Source: Escherichia phage vB_EcoM_EP32a. Taken from it: a DNA stretch of 64,000 nt. A program made the position numbers and the translations under genes. The stretch is taken from the sequence record OR544954, one strand, 5' to 3'. Position 1 is the stretch's first letter; every line of letters begins with the position of its first letter. The notes below the pieces were generated by a model that did not search any database, had not been told where the DNA came from, and saw only the letters and a list, made by a program, of their open reading frames with translations. This document shows, one piece after another, positions 47,928 through 57,330 of this stretch.

Positions 47928-50639
47928 ATGAAAGAATTTTACTTAACGGTTGAACAGATTGGTGATTCAATTTTTGAACGTTACATCGATTCTAATGGCC
48001 GTGAACGTACTCGTGAAGTAGAATATAAACCATCGCTGTTTGCTCATTGTCCAGAAAGTCAGGCTACGAAATATTTCGATATCTACGGTAAGCCGTGTAC
48101 TCGTAAGTTGTTCGCTAATATGCGTGATGCCTCCCAATGGATTAAACGCATGGAAGATATCGGACTTGAAGCACTTGGCATGGACGATTTCAAATTGGCG
48201 TATTTGTCTGACACTTATAACTATGAAATCAAATACGACCATACAAAAATTCGTGTGGCTAACTTCGACATCGAAGTAACATCTCCGGACGGGTTCCCTG
48301 AGCCGTCACAAGCAAAACATCCTATTGATGCTATCACCCATTATGACTCAATTGACGACAGGTTCTACGTATTTGATCTATTGAATTCTCCATATGGTAA
48401 TGTGGAAGAATGGTCTATCGAAATTGCAGCTAAGCTTCAAGAACAAGGTGGTGATGAAGTTCCATCCGAAATTATCGACAAAATCGTTTATATGCCGTTT
48501 GATAATGAAAAAGAATTATTGATGGAATATCTCAACTTCTGGCAACAGAAAACTCCTGTCATTTTGACTGGATGGAACGTTGAGTCATTTGATATTCCAT
48601 ATGTGTATAACCGAATCAAGAATATTTTTGGCGAATCTACTGCGAAACGTTTATCACCACATCGTAAAACTCGCGTTAAAGTTATCGAAAACATGTATGG
48701 TTCTCGTGAAATCATTACATTGTTCGGTATCTCTGTTCTTGATTACATTGACCTTTACAAAAAATTCTCTTTTACTAATCAACCGTCGTATTCTCTGGAT
48801 TACATTTCAGAATTTGAATTGAACGTTGGTAAACTGAAATATGACGGCCCTATTTCTAAGCTTCGTGAAAGCAATCACCAACGATATATTTCTTATAACA
48901 TTATCGACGTGTATCGTGTATTGCAAATTGATGCTAAGCGTCAGTTCATCAACTTGAGTTTGGACATGGGTTATTATGCTAAGATACAGATTCAATCTGT
49001 GTTTAGCCCAATTAAAACATGGGATGCTATTATTTTTAATAGCCTTAAAGAGCAGAACAAGGTGATTCCACAAGGTCGTTCTCACCCGGTTCAACCTTAT
49101 CCTGGCGCTTTTGTTAAGGAACCTATTCCAAATCGATACAAATATGTAATGAGTTTCGACCTTACATCTCTGTATCCAAGTATTATTCGCCAAGTGAATA
49201 TTAGCCCAGAAACAATAGCAGGAACGTTTAAAGTAGCTCCATTGCATGATTATATTAACGCTGTTGCTGAACGTCCTTCTGATGTGTACAGTTGCTCTCC
49301 TAACGGCATGATGTATTATAAAGACCGTGATGGTGTAGTTCCAACTGAAATCACTAAAGTCTTTAATCAACGTAAAGAACATAAAGGTTATATGCTTGCG
49401 GCTCAACGTAATGGTGAAATAATTAAAGAGGCGTTGCATAATCCTAATCTTTCTGTTGACGAACCATTAGATGTTGATTATCGTTTCGACTTTAGCGATG
49501 AGATTAAAGAAAAGATTAAAAAGTTGTCTGCTAAATCTCTTAATGAAATGTTGTTTAGAGCTCAACGTACTGAAGTTGCAGGTATGACTGCCCAAATTAA
49601 CCGTAAATTGCTTATCAACTCACTTTATGGTGCACTTGGCAACGTTTGGTTCCGTTATTACGATTTGCGTAATGCTACTGCAATCACAACATTTGGTCAA
49701 ATGGCTTTACAGTGGATTGAACGTAAAGTTAATGAATATCTGAATGAAGTTTGTGGCACAGAAGGTGAAGCTTTCGTTCTTTATGGTGATACAGACTCTA
49801 TTTACGTATCTGCTGATAAAATTATCGATAAGGTTGGTGAATCTAAATTCCGTGATACCAACCATTGGGTAGACTTCTTAGATAAGTTTGCACGTGAACG
49901 TATGGAACCAGCTATTGATAGAGGTTTCCGTGAAATGTGTGAATACATGAACAATAAACAACACTTAATGTTCATGGACCGAGAAGCTATCGCTGGTCCT
50001 CCGCTTGGTTCTAAAGGTATTGGTGGATTCTGGACTGGCAAGAAACGTTATGCATTAAACGTGTGGGATATGGAAGGCACTCGTTACGCTGAGCCTAAAC
50101 TCAAAATCATGGGTCTCGAGACTCAGAAATCTTCGACTCCTAAAGCAGTACAGAAAGCTCTTAAAGAATGTATTCGTCGTATGCTTCAAGAAGGTGAAGA
50201 ATCATTACAAGAATATTTTAAAGAGTTTGAAAAAGAATTCCGTCAATTGAATTATATTAGCATCGCGTCGGTATCTTCTGCGAATAACATTGCTAAATAT
50301 GACGTAGGTGGATTCCCTGGTCCCAAATGCCCGTTCCATATTCGTGGAATTCTGACGTATAACCGGGCTATCAAAGGTAATATTGATGCTCCACAAGTTG
50401 TAGAAGGTGAAAAAGTATATGTTCTGCCTTTACGTGATGGAAACCCATTCGGTGATAAATGTATCGCATGGCCTTCTGGTACTGAAATCACAGATTTAAT
50501 TAAAGACGACGTACTTCATTGGATGGACTACACTGTTCTCCTTGAGAAGACATTTATTAAACCACTTGAAGGATTCACATCAGCAGCGAAACTCGATTAC
50601 GAGAAGAAAGCATCTCTGTTCGATATGTTCGATTTTTGA
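47928..50639 (+). CDS. 43: DNA polymerase gp43 (family B)
   Basis: 903 aa; exonuclease motifs FDIEV, YNIIDV; polymerase motifs DLTSLYPSII, KLLINSLYGALG, YGDTDS; long stretches match the RB69 gp43 sequence as I recall it. Confidence 0.97.
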   Translation: MKEFYLTVEQIGDSIFERYIDSNGRERTREVEYKPSLFAHCPESQATKYFDIYGKPCTRKLFANMRDASQWIKRMEDIGLEALGMDDFKLAYLSDTYNYEIKYDHTKIRVANFDIEVTSPDGFPEPSQAKHPIDAITHYDSIDDRFYVFDLLNSPYGNVEEWSIEIAAKLQEQGGDEVPSEIIDKIVYMPFDNEKELLMEYLNFWQQKTPVILTGWNVESFDIPYVYNRIKNIFGESTAKRLSPHRKTRVKVIENMYGSREIITLFGISVLDYIDLYKKFSFTNQPSYSLDYISEFELNVGKLKYDGPISKLRESNHQRYISYNIIDVYRVLQIDAKRQFINLSLDMGYYAKIQIQSVFSPIKTWDAIIFNSLKEQNKVIPQGRSHPVQPYPGAFVKEPIPNRYKYVMSFDLTSLYPSIIRQVNISPETIAGTFKVAPLHDYINAVAERPSDVYSCSPNGMMYYKDRDGVVPTEITKVFNQRKEHKGYMLAAQRNGEIIKEALHNPNLSVDEPLDVDYRFDFSDEIKEKIKKLSAKSLNEMLFRAQRTEVAGMTAQINRKLLINSLYGALGNVWFRYYDLRNATAITTFGQMALQWIERKVNEYLNEVCGTEGEAFVLYGDTDSIYVSADKIIDKVGESKFRDTNHWVDFLDKFARERMEPAIDRGFREMCEYMNNKQHLMFMDREAIAGPPLGSKGIGGFWTGKKRYALNVWDMEGTRYAEPKLKIMGLETQKSSTPKAVQKALKECIRRMLQEGEESLQEYFKEFEKEFRQLNYISIASVSSANNIAKYDVGGFPGPKCPFHIRGILTYNRAIKGNIDAPQVVEGEKVYVLPLRDGNPFGDKCIAWPSGTEITDLIKDDVLHWMDYTVLLEKTFIKPLEGFTSAAKLDYEKKASLFDMFDF

Positions 50640-50679
50640 TATAATGTCATGGACGGTAAACTAATTAAATGAGAGAAAT

Positions 50680-51315
50680 ATGAAAACTACTCCTATTACT
50701 ATCGCTATTGACGCAATCATAAAACAAGCTTCTTCTTTGGCCGCTATGGCCAAAGTAATTAGTCAAAACCCTGCTCGTTATAATGCTATTCTAGAAACTC
50801 TTCGACGCCCTGGACTTAGTAATTATGAAAGCCGGGTAATTATTACAGGTGTTGGTAAGAATGCTAATATCGCAACTAAAGCTTCCGAGACTTTTGCTTC
50901 ACTAGGTATTCCTAGCATGTATTTGAACACCGGGCATTATTCTCATGGTGATGCAGGATTTATTGCGCCTAATGATGTGTTGATTCATATTAGTCGTTCT
51001 GGTAAAACTGAAGAAATGATAGGTGTTGCTAAACATCTTCGTATGATTCGTCCTCAGGTTAAACAGATTCTGTTACATTGTAACCCAGACATTCCACAAG
51101 AATACGAAGCTCTTTTTGATTATACGTTCTGTACCGGTATCGCGGTAGAAGTTGACGAGAACTCTTTGGCTCCGACTATGTCCACTACATTGTTGTTAGC
51201 GCTTATCGATACGTTTGCTATCAACCTTTCGTCTGAACGCGGATTTACCTCTAATGACTTCCTTAAGTTCCACCCTGGTGGTGCACTAGGTGCCATGTTA
51301 CGAGGCGAACAATGA
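50680..51315 (+). CDS. SIS-domain sugar phosphate isomerase, KdsD/GutQ-type arabinose-5-phosphate isomerase-like
   Basis: VIITGVGKNANIATKASETFASLGIP, HGDAGF, ISRSGKTEE, LAPTMSTT, RGFTSNDFLKFHPGGALG align with the KdsD SIS domain by eye; 211 aa, single SIS domain. Confidence 0.8.
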   Translation: MKTTPITIAIDAIIKQASSLAAMAKVISQNPARYNAILETLRRPGLSNYESRVIITGVGKNANIATKASETFASLGIPSMYLNTGHYSHGDAGFIAPNDVLIHISRSGKTEEMIGVAKHLRMIRPQVKQILLHCNPDIPQEYEALFDYTFCTGIAVEVDENSLAPTMSTTLLLALIDTFAINLSSERGFTSNDFLKFHPGGALGAMLRGEQ

Positions 51316-51443
51316 AAGCAATAACAATAGGACTTTTACTATTGATGCTTGTCATGACTATCTACTGGAGCTTAATGGCTCCAGTAATGATTCCAACACT
51401 TGTAATTGGATGGATTATGATTGGACTACAAGCAAAGTATGAA

Positions 51444-51468
51444 TGCTTTATCTAGAATAGTGTACAAT
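51444..51468 (+). promoter_or_regulatory. middle promoter (MotA box aaTGCTTTA, -10 TACAAT)
   Basis: MotA box 51444-51450, TACAAT at 51463-51468, 29 nt before the ATG at 51497. Confidence 0.45.
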
Positions 51469-51496
51469 ACTCCTACTTACCAATGAGGACTTCAAC

Positions 51497-53182
51497 ATGA
51501 AAAAAGCTGTTATTCTTGGTGCTGGACTGGCAACTCGTTTGTATCCAATAACGCATCATATTCCTAAGGTGCTTGTTAACTATAAACAAGACACTATTCT
51601 GAGCAATTTGTATACAATTTATTCTGACCTTGGCGCAGATGAAATTATTGTAGTAGTTCATTCAAAATTTGCTGAAACCGTTCGAGCTTATTGTGAGCAA
51701 GAAGGGTTCAATGTGACTATTCGTACAGTTGATGAAGCGTATGGTTCTGCTTATGCTCTTGCTAAATTATACAAAGATTTAGATGGCCATAACGTAATTG
51801 TTAACTGGTGTGATATTATTCCTGATTTTGGTTCATGGTCTTGGAATGTTAACGCAATCTATGTTAAGGGTGATGAATGTCGATATAATTTCGACGGTGA
51901 AAATATCACTAACGTAGGTTCAACGGGTGGTAATGTTGTAGGAATTTACCAGTTCAAAGACTGGGAATTCTATATGGGTTCTACTGATGAGGAAATTCAT
52001 GAATACTGCAAAGGACGTGATTTCGTAGAATTCCTTTACGGGAGTGCATTCAATAAATCAGAGCTTATGAATCTAATTGATTTAGGTGATATGCCTAAAC
52101 TTGAAAAAGCTCATGAAGTTCGTGAACTTAATCGTAGTTTTAATGCAGTTGAAATTGGTGAAGAAACTGTAACTAAATTCGCATTAACCGAACAGGGTCG
52201 AGCTCTTCAGAAAGATGAGATTTCATGGTATCTTAAAGTGAAATCAGATTCAGTTCCTCAGTTAGTTTCTGTTAATGAAAATAACTTTGAAATGGAACGC
52301 ATTAAAGGTAAGCCGGCATTTGAATATATTAAATCCAAATCAAGTCTTGCTCGTCCACAAATTGTTGATGCAATTTTAGATGCACTGAAATTCAGCACAG
52401 ACACTTATTTTGTAAGTCCTGAAACTGTTCGTCGTGATTTCACTAAAGAATTCTATACGAAAGTTATTGATCGTTGTGAAAGCATTCAGCCATTGATTGA
52501 TTCATTTGGTAAAATCACACATGTGAACTACACTAAGATTGGACGTCTGAAGCCAATGCTGAAACAAGCTTTAGAACACCTTATTCGTTATCATAACCGT
52601 TCTCAGGGACAGTACTCTGTTATTCACGGTGACCCGAACTTCAGTAATACTATGATTACTGATAATGGCGAAGTCAAGTTTATCGACCCTCGTGGATATT
52701 TTGGTGAAACCAAGATTTACGGGCCAAAATTGTATGACGAAGCTAAAGTGCTTTATGCTGTTTCAGGTTATGATGAATTCAATGCTAATCCAACCTGGGG
52801 ACAGTTTACTATTGATGAAACAACTTGTAATGTGACTATTAACATCAATCCATTAGTTTACAAATATGGAAAGATGAGTTCGTTTAACGAGTATCATCAT
52901 TTGGCAGTGGCAATTATCTGGATTGCATTAGGTGGTTATTTCAAGAATAATCCACTTAAAGCGGTAGCCGCATATTATAAAGGTATGGAACTTCTGACTA
53001 AGCAATTACGTAACATGGGCCGTGTACTTCAGGACGGCTCTATTAGTTATGACGTAGCAGAACCTGTAACGGCTACTCTGATTACAAAAAATCCTGGTAA
53101 ATGGGTACTAACTGATAAAGAAACTGGTGTTTCCTATCGTCCAATCGGTGGCGATATCACTCATCAATGGGAACGAATCTAA
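51497..53182 (+). CDS. bifunctional sugar-1-phosphate nucleotidyltransferase (N-terminal) / APH-ChoK-fold kinase (C-terminal)
   Basis: N-terminus AVILGAGLATRLYPITHHIPKVLV (G-x-G-x-x-R, LicC/MurU-like); C-terminus VIHGDPNFSNTMITDNGEVKFIDPRG (HGDxxxxN catalytic loop plus D of the APH/choline-kinase fold); 561 aa. Confidence 0.75.
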   Translation: MKKAVILGAGLATRLYPITHHIPKVLVNYKQDTILSNLYTIYSDLGADEIIVVVHSKFAETVRAYCEQEGFNVTIRTVDEAYGSAYALAKLYKDLDGHNVIVNWCDIIPDFGSWSWNVNAIYVKGDECRYNFDGENITNVGSTGGNVVGIYQFKDWEFYMGSTDEEIHEYCKGRDFVEFLYGSAFNKSELMNLIDLGDMPKLEKAHEVRELNRSFNAVEIGEETVTKFALTEQGRALQKDEISWYLKVKSDSVPQLVSVNENNFEMERIKGKPAFEYIKSKSSLARPQIVDAILDALKFSTDTYFVSPETVRRDFTKEFYTKVIDRCESIQPLIDSFGKITHVNYTKIGRLKPMLKQALEHLIRYHNRSQGQYSVIHGDPNFSNTMITDNGEVKFIDPRGYFGETKIYGPKLYDEAKVLYAVSGYDEFNANPTWGQFTIDETTCNVTININPLVYKYGKMSSFNEYHHLAVAIIWIALGGYFKNNPLKAVAAYYKGMELLTKQLRNMGRVLQDGSISYDVAEPVTATLITKNPGKWVLTDKETGVSYRPIGGDITHQWERI

Positions 53183-53568
53183 TGCACCGTGTAGAAAACA
53201 TGCTTAATCTTTGTTTTGATGTCGACGATTGTATAACAGAGTGGAATAACAATCGTGATTACGTGAACTTCAAGCCAGACGTCGAAATGGTGACTGCCAT
53301 TAATGCCCTGTATGATGCAGGGCATACCATAACGCTTTACACTGCTCGTGGTATGAAGTCAGTAGGTCCTGGACGTATAGCAATTGATATTCTCCCAAGT
53401 CTGATTCAGAACTTGGCAAACATTGGCTTGAAGTACCATAATTTGCTAACACATAAACCAGTATATGATTGGATTATCGACGACAAAGCTATGCGTCCTG
53501 ACGAATTCAAAGCTCTTATGAATAAAGGCGAATTCGAAACATTTAAATCGTATAAACCGAATCTATAA
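53182..53568 (+). CDS. HAD-superfamily phosphatase-like protein
   Basis: Motif I-like FDVDDCIT, motif II ITLYTARG, motif III/IV HKPVYDWIIDDKA; start taken at the ATG overlapping the upstream stop. Confidence 0.55.
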   Translation: MHRVENMLNLCFDVDDCITEWNNNRDYVNFKPDVEMVTAINALYDAGHTITLYTARGMKSVGPGRIAIDILPSLIQNLANIGLKYHNLLTHKPVYDWIIDDKAMRPDEFKALMNKGEFETFKSYKPNL

Positions 53569-53628
53569 TAATTTAAGTAAGACCTGCAAAAAAAAACCAT
53601 CGCGTCAATTAACGTGAGATGCAAAAAA

Positions 53629-54789
53629 ATGAATACTTTTAAAATCGGAACGAATTTTGATTTAGCTCTTCTTGATAAAATCGTAGAGCTCAATAAAACT
53701 TATCCTAATAGCTTGATAAACGAAGTATACGGCTCTACAAGAGAAATGGCTTTTGTAGCAGCCAGACCTGATTTTAGGCTTCCTGACGTTGACAAAAAGA
53801 TGTTAGAAGATTACGTTAAACGTTGTAACGAATTAGGTATTTGCTTTAACTATACACTCAACACGATAAATCCTGGTTCAAAAAGAGAACTAGTTGAGTG
53901 GAAGAAGAAAGCTATTCAGGATTATGTTCAGTATCTTTGGTCAATAGGCGTATGGCGTATTACTATCGCTAACCCTGTTGTTATGGAAATTGTTCGTGAA
54001 GTCAATAAAGACATTGAGATTGAAGTTTCAACAATTCTACATGTCGATGCTGTAACTCAAATAAAATACTTACATGACCAATACAATATCAAAAAGGTCT
54101 GCTGTGGAATTCATAAGAACCGTTCAGTTTCTTTCCTGAAGCGTGCAGCAGAGTTTTGCAATAAGAACAATATAATATTTGAAGTTCTTGTAAATGAGTT
54201 CTGTTCTAATGCTGGTAAAGGGTATACAACACATTGTAGCTATCGTGACTCTTGCTATATTTTCCATAGTACTGATGTTACAGCTGATGATGCTAAATCC
54301 TTAAACGGGTATCCTATGCAGCACTGTATTAAAGCTCGTGATACAGACCCATTTAACTGGTTGAGAACTCGTTTTGTTCGTCCTCAAGATTTGAAACTTT
54401 ATAATGATATTGGTATCACTCAATTCAAAGTTTCAGGACGTACAGGTAGCACAGACTACATTTTGAAAGTTCTTGAAGCATACGCTTCTGAAAAGTTTGA
54501 AGGTAATTTGTTAGAACTGTGGAAGCCTTTAGAGACTATTTTCACTCTTGAAAACGAAACTGAGTTTTCACATACAGTAAATATTGAAACCTCTTTGTTA
54601 GATGGCTTTTTAGAAAAAAGGTGGTTCAGACATCCAGATTTCGATTGTGCTAATGAAATCTGCGGGACGACGTGTACATATTGTGAAAGATATTATAAAC
54701 GTCAATTATCTAAAAACGGGTTAGCAGAAAACTCTATATCTATTATTGATATAACTAACTCTGATGACGCTTTGAGGTACCCGGAATGA
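53629..54789 (+). CDS. hypothetical Cys-cluster protein (possibly peptidase-U32-like)
   Basis: 386 aa; NEFCSNAGKGYTTHCSYRDSC resembles the U32 signature E-x-F-x2-G-[SA]-h-C-x4-G-x-C; C-terminal C-x4-C-x3-C-x2-C; assignment tentative. Confidence 0.45.
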   Translation: MNTFKIGTNFDLALLDKIVELNKTYPNSLINEVYGSTREMAFVAARPDFRLPDVDKKMLEDYVKRCNELGICFNYTLNTINPGSKRELVEWKKKAIQDYVQYLWSIGVWRITIANPVVMEIVREVNKDIEIEVSTILHVDAVTQIKYLHDQYNIKKVCCGIHKNRSVSFLKRAAEFCNKNNIIFEVLVNEFCSNAGKGYTTHCSYRDSCYIFHSTDVTADDAKSLNGYPMQHCIKARDTDPFNWLRTRFVRPQDLKLYNDIGITQFKVSGRTGSTDYILKVLEAYASEKFEGNLLELWKPLETIFTLENETEFSHTVNIETSLLDGFLEKRWFRHPDFDCANEICGTTCTYCERYYKRQLSKNGLAENSISIIDITNSDDALRYPE

Positions 54790-55025
54790 TTTCTAGAAAA
54801 ACTTTTAATCACCGACTTAATGAAGAGATTTTGACTACGAAACTGAACACTAACGAACAAATTCTTAAAAAGGCCCTGATGGGCCTGTTTGAAATTAAAG
54901 CGGCTAAAGTGATTAAAGAACCTGTTCAATTGGAATACTACGCTGATGCATTTCTTCATAGTGTTCTTGGAAGTATCGATGCTGAAGCTTTACGTTATAT
55001 CAACATTGTCAAGAAATTCAAATAA
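54786..55025 (+). CDS. hypothetical protein
   Basis: 79-aa ORF ATGA-coupled to the preceding gene; not membrane-like, so unlikely to be Imm. Confidence 0.4.
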   Translation: MISRKTFNHRLNEEILTTKLNTNEQILKKALMGLFEIKAAKVIKEPVQLEYYADAFLHSVLGSIDAEALRYINIVKKFK

Positions 55026-55066
55026 GCTTTACGAATTGAGTATATAATAATTGTATTGAGGTAAAC

Positions 55067-55783
55067 ATGGGAAAACATAACACAATGAAATATATCAAAG
55101 CCGCAGATTTTCAAACCGCATTTAAAGCAGTCAATCGTGAAATTTTAGAAAACCCGGAATTCGTAACTGATTCTCGTATTGGACGTTGTAATGAAATTGG
55201 GTCTATGACAGTAGTTGTTGACACTCCATCATCATTCAAAATGACAGACCCACGTATTAACCGCATCTCTTATGAATATGCCGAAGACTTCTGGAAGTTT
55301 ATGATTTCTGGTGGTACCAACGCAGAAGAAGCGTTTAAGGCATATCCTAATGTCGCTAAATTTATTTCTAAACCAAAATCAGATGTTTTGCCGGCGAACT
55401 TCAACACTTTCTATGGTCCTCGCATTGCGGCCCAGCTACCGGCTCTTCTAAAAGAACTTAAAGAGAAGCCTAACTCTCGAAGAGTTGTGTTCCAAATTCT
55501 AGAAAGTTCTGATCAGGCTTTGCTTGATTCGGACGAAACGCTTGAATATCCATGTACTGACTCAGTGACTTATTATATTCGTGATGGTAAGCTTTATACC
55601 CACTGTCATATGCGTTCCCAGAACTGTGCTGTTGTTATGCAGTTGGATTTTTATCTCCAAGGAAAATTACTTCATTATATCGCTAACGAATGTGGTGTAG
55701 AAGTTGGTGATTATACTCATACCATGGTAAGTGCCCATGTGTTTGAACGTGATTTTGATTATGTTAAAGGATTCCTTGACTAA
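55067..55783 (+). CDS. 42: dCMP hydroxymethylase gp42 (thymidylate-synthase fold)
   Basis: NSRRVVFQI, YPCTDSVTYYIRDGKLYTHCHMRSQN, VSAHVFERDF correspond to T4 gp42 motifs (DSRRG, CTNTVQYLIRD, SLHVYSRHF); 238 aa. Confidence 0.8.
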   Translation: MGKHNTMKYIKAADFQTAFKAVNREILENPEFVTDSRIGRCNEIGSMTVVVDTPSSFKMTDPRINRISYEYAEDFWKFMISGGTNAEEAFKAYPNVAKFISKPKSDVLPANFNTFYGPRIAAQLPALLKELKEKPNSRRVVFQILESSDQALLDSDETLEYPCTDSVTYYIRDGKLYTHCHMRSQNCAVVMQLDFYLQGKLLHYIANECGVEVGDYTHTMVSAHVFERDFDYVKGFLD

Positions 55784-56682
55784 TGGCTATTTTCCGCGTA
55801 CCTATCTTGAGTATGCGGTCTTATGAAACTGGACAGTATGCTATCCTTAAGGATGGCAACTTCCAACTTCATTTGCACCGTGCTAATCCAGGTGATGTGA
55901 TTACATATCCACGTAATGCATCTGATATTAAAGAATGCGAACGTCTTTTTCCGGAATTTAAGTTTGTTCCATTATGGTATAAAGATAACGCGTATAACAC
56001 TCGTAAATATTTCTGGTCTGAAAATGAATTTGTGGTTGATTCATTAATTGCTTATTATGATTGTGATTTTCTAATCACAGATATCACCGGATATGATGGC
56101 GCTTTTGACGTAGAATTCAATTTCAATATCACTGCAGACCCTAATAAACCACGTTTTTATATTGATGAATTCTTAAAAACCGACATGTTGTCTGTTAATC
56201 GTTCACTTCAAACTACTGTGTTGAATGAACGTCAAAAAGAAGTGCTGGTTAACGCAGGTGCAGATGGTAATAAGATTATCGTAACACAGAAAGTTATACG
56301 TCCTTCCGTCATGCAGCGTCTTGTAGGTGATTTGGCTCCTATTCATCTAGATGGTATTTTTCATCCATTTCGAATTAGTGACCCATGCTATCGTTTTGAA
56401 CAAGTGGTTGAATGCGCAATTCAATTAGGTCAACCGCTTTATATAACTGATCCAAATAATAGTTTCGACAGAAATAAGTATCCTGAAGAAGCGCTGATTC
56501 GAATTTTTAATCCAACTAAAACTGAGTACTATCAAATTCTTAAAGGACGTCCGAAGATTCAATATTTCGAAAATCCTGAAGAAGTATTCCATCCAGGTCT
56601 TGGTGAGTTCATCTACTTTAATGCTTTAATTTCTTCACCGTATAATATACCTAAATACGAAGATGTCGTAATCGAGGAATAA
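55783..56682 (+). CDS. hypothetical protein in the beta-glucosyltransferase slot (candidate hmC-DNA glycosyltransferase)
   Basis: 299-aa ORF ATGG-coupled to gene 42, between 42 and uvsX where T4 has beta-gt; no similarity to T4 beta-gt by eye; function from position only. Confidence 0.45.
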   Translation: MAIFRVPILSMRSYETGQYAILKDGNFQLHLHRANPGDVITYPRNASDIKECERLFPEFKFVPLWYKDNAYNTRKYFWSENEFVVDSLIAYYDCDFLITDITGYDGAFDVEFNFNITADPNKPRFYIDEFLKTDMLSVNRSLQTTVLNERQKEVLVNAGADGNKIIVTQKVIRPSVMQRLVGDLAPIHLDGIFHPFRISDPCYRFEQVVECAIQLGQPLYITDPNNSFDRNKYPEEALIRIFNPTKTEYYQILKGRPKIQYFENPEEVFHPGLGEFIYFNALISSPYNIPKYEDVVIEE

Positions 56683-56683
56683 A

Positions 56684-57232
56684 ATGGCTAAAATTATTTT
56701 AGTAGACGGGCCTGATAATGCTGGTAAAACAACTTTCATTAATGACATAATGGAAATTAGTGAAAGATATGTAAAGATTGATTTCCCTAAACGAACAGTT
56801 GATGGGCGTTTCGATGTTAAGTCTCGAAATGAAGTTGGCTGTTTCGAAACGATGTTGAATTATTTAGACCCTACTAAGATTTATCTATTAGACCGTGGAT
56901 ATATTAGTAACTGGGTTTATGGACGTATTCGACAAGATGCGGACTCGGTTCTTGACGTTTATGAACAGGATTATGTTCGTCTTTGCCAAAACCATGATGT
57001 GTTCACAATTATTTTAACCCGTAACGAAATGACTGAAAGTTTTGAAGACGACCTTATTACTTTGTCTTCATTCGGTTTTAATACAGTCATTTCACATTTT
57101 GAAGAGTTTGCAATTCATAACAAAATCCAAACGTATCAATTACTTAATCATGATGGTTCTAACAAAGTTATAGGATTTAATGCAAGTGAACGTAATAATT
57201 TGATTACAGAAATCATTAAATGGGCTCGTTAA
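56684..57232 (+). CDS. P-loop kinase, thymidylate-kinase/dNK-like fold
   Basis: IILVDGPDNAGKTTFIND, LLDRGYISNWVYG (DR motif); 182 aa; separate from gene 1. Confidence 0.55.
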   Translation: MAKIILVDGPDNAGKTTFINDIMEISERYVKIDFPKRTVDGRFDVKSRNEVGCFETMLNYLDPTKIYLLDRGYISNWVYGRIRQDADSVLDVYEQDYVRLCQNHDVFTIILTRNEMTESFEDDLITLSSFGFNTVISHFEEFAIHNKIQTYQLLNHDGSNKVIGFNASERNNLITEIIKWAR

Positions 57233-57251
57233 GAGCCATTTAAAGTTTTAA

Positions 57252-57281
57252 ATGCTGTATAACTCTTAGTATATAATCATC
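57252..57281 (+). promoter_or_regulatory. middle promoter upstream of uvsX (MotA-box-like AAATGCTGTA plus TATATAAT)
   Basis: MotA-like box 57252-57261, -10 about 12 nt downstream. Confidence 0.4.
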
Positions 57282-57330
57282 TTATCTTTTAAACATGAGT
57301 AAAATATAATGATGCCTATGGAAAAATACA

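Noticed and set aside
57290-57330. Mini-ORFs MSKI and MMPMEKYNV just upstream of uvsX
   Set aside because: Too short and without independent support; more likely part of the uvsX 5' leader.
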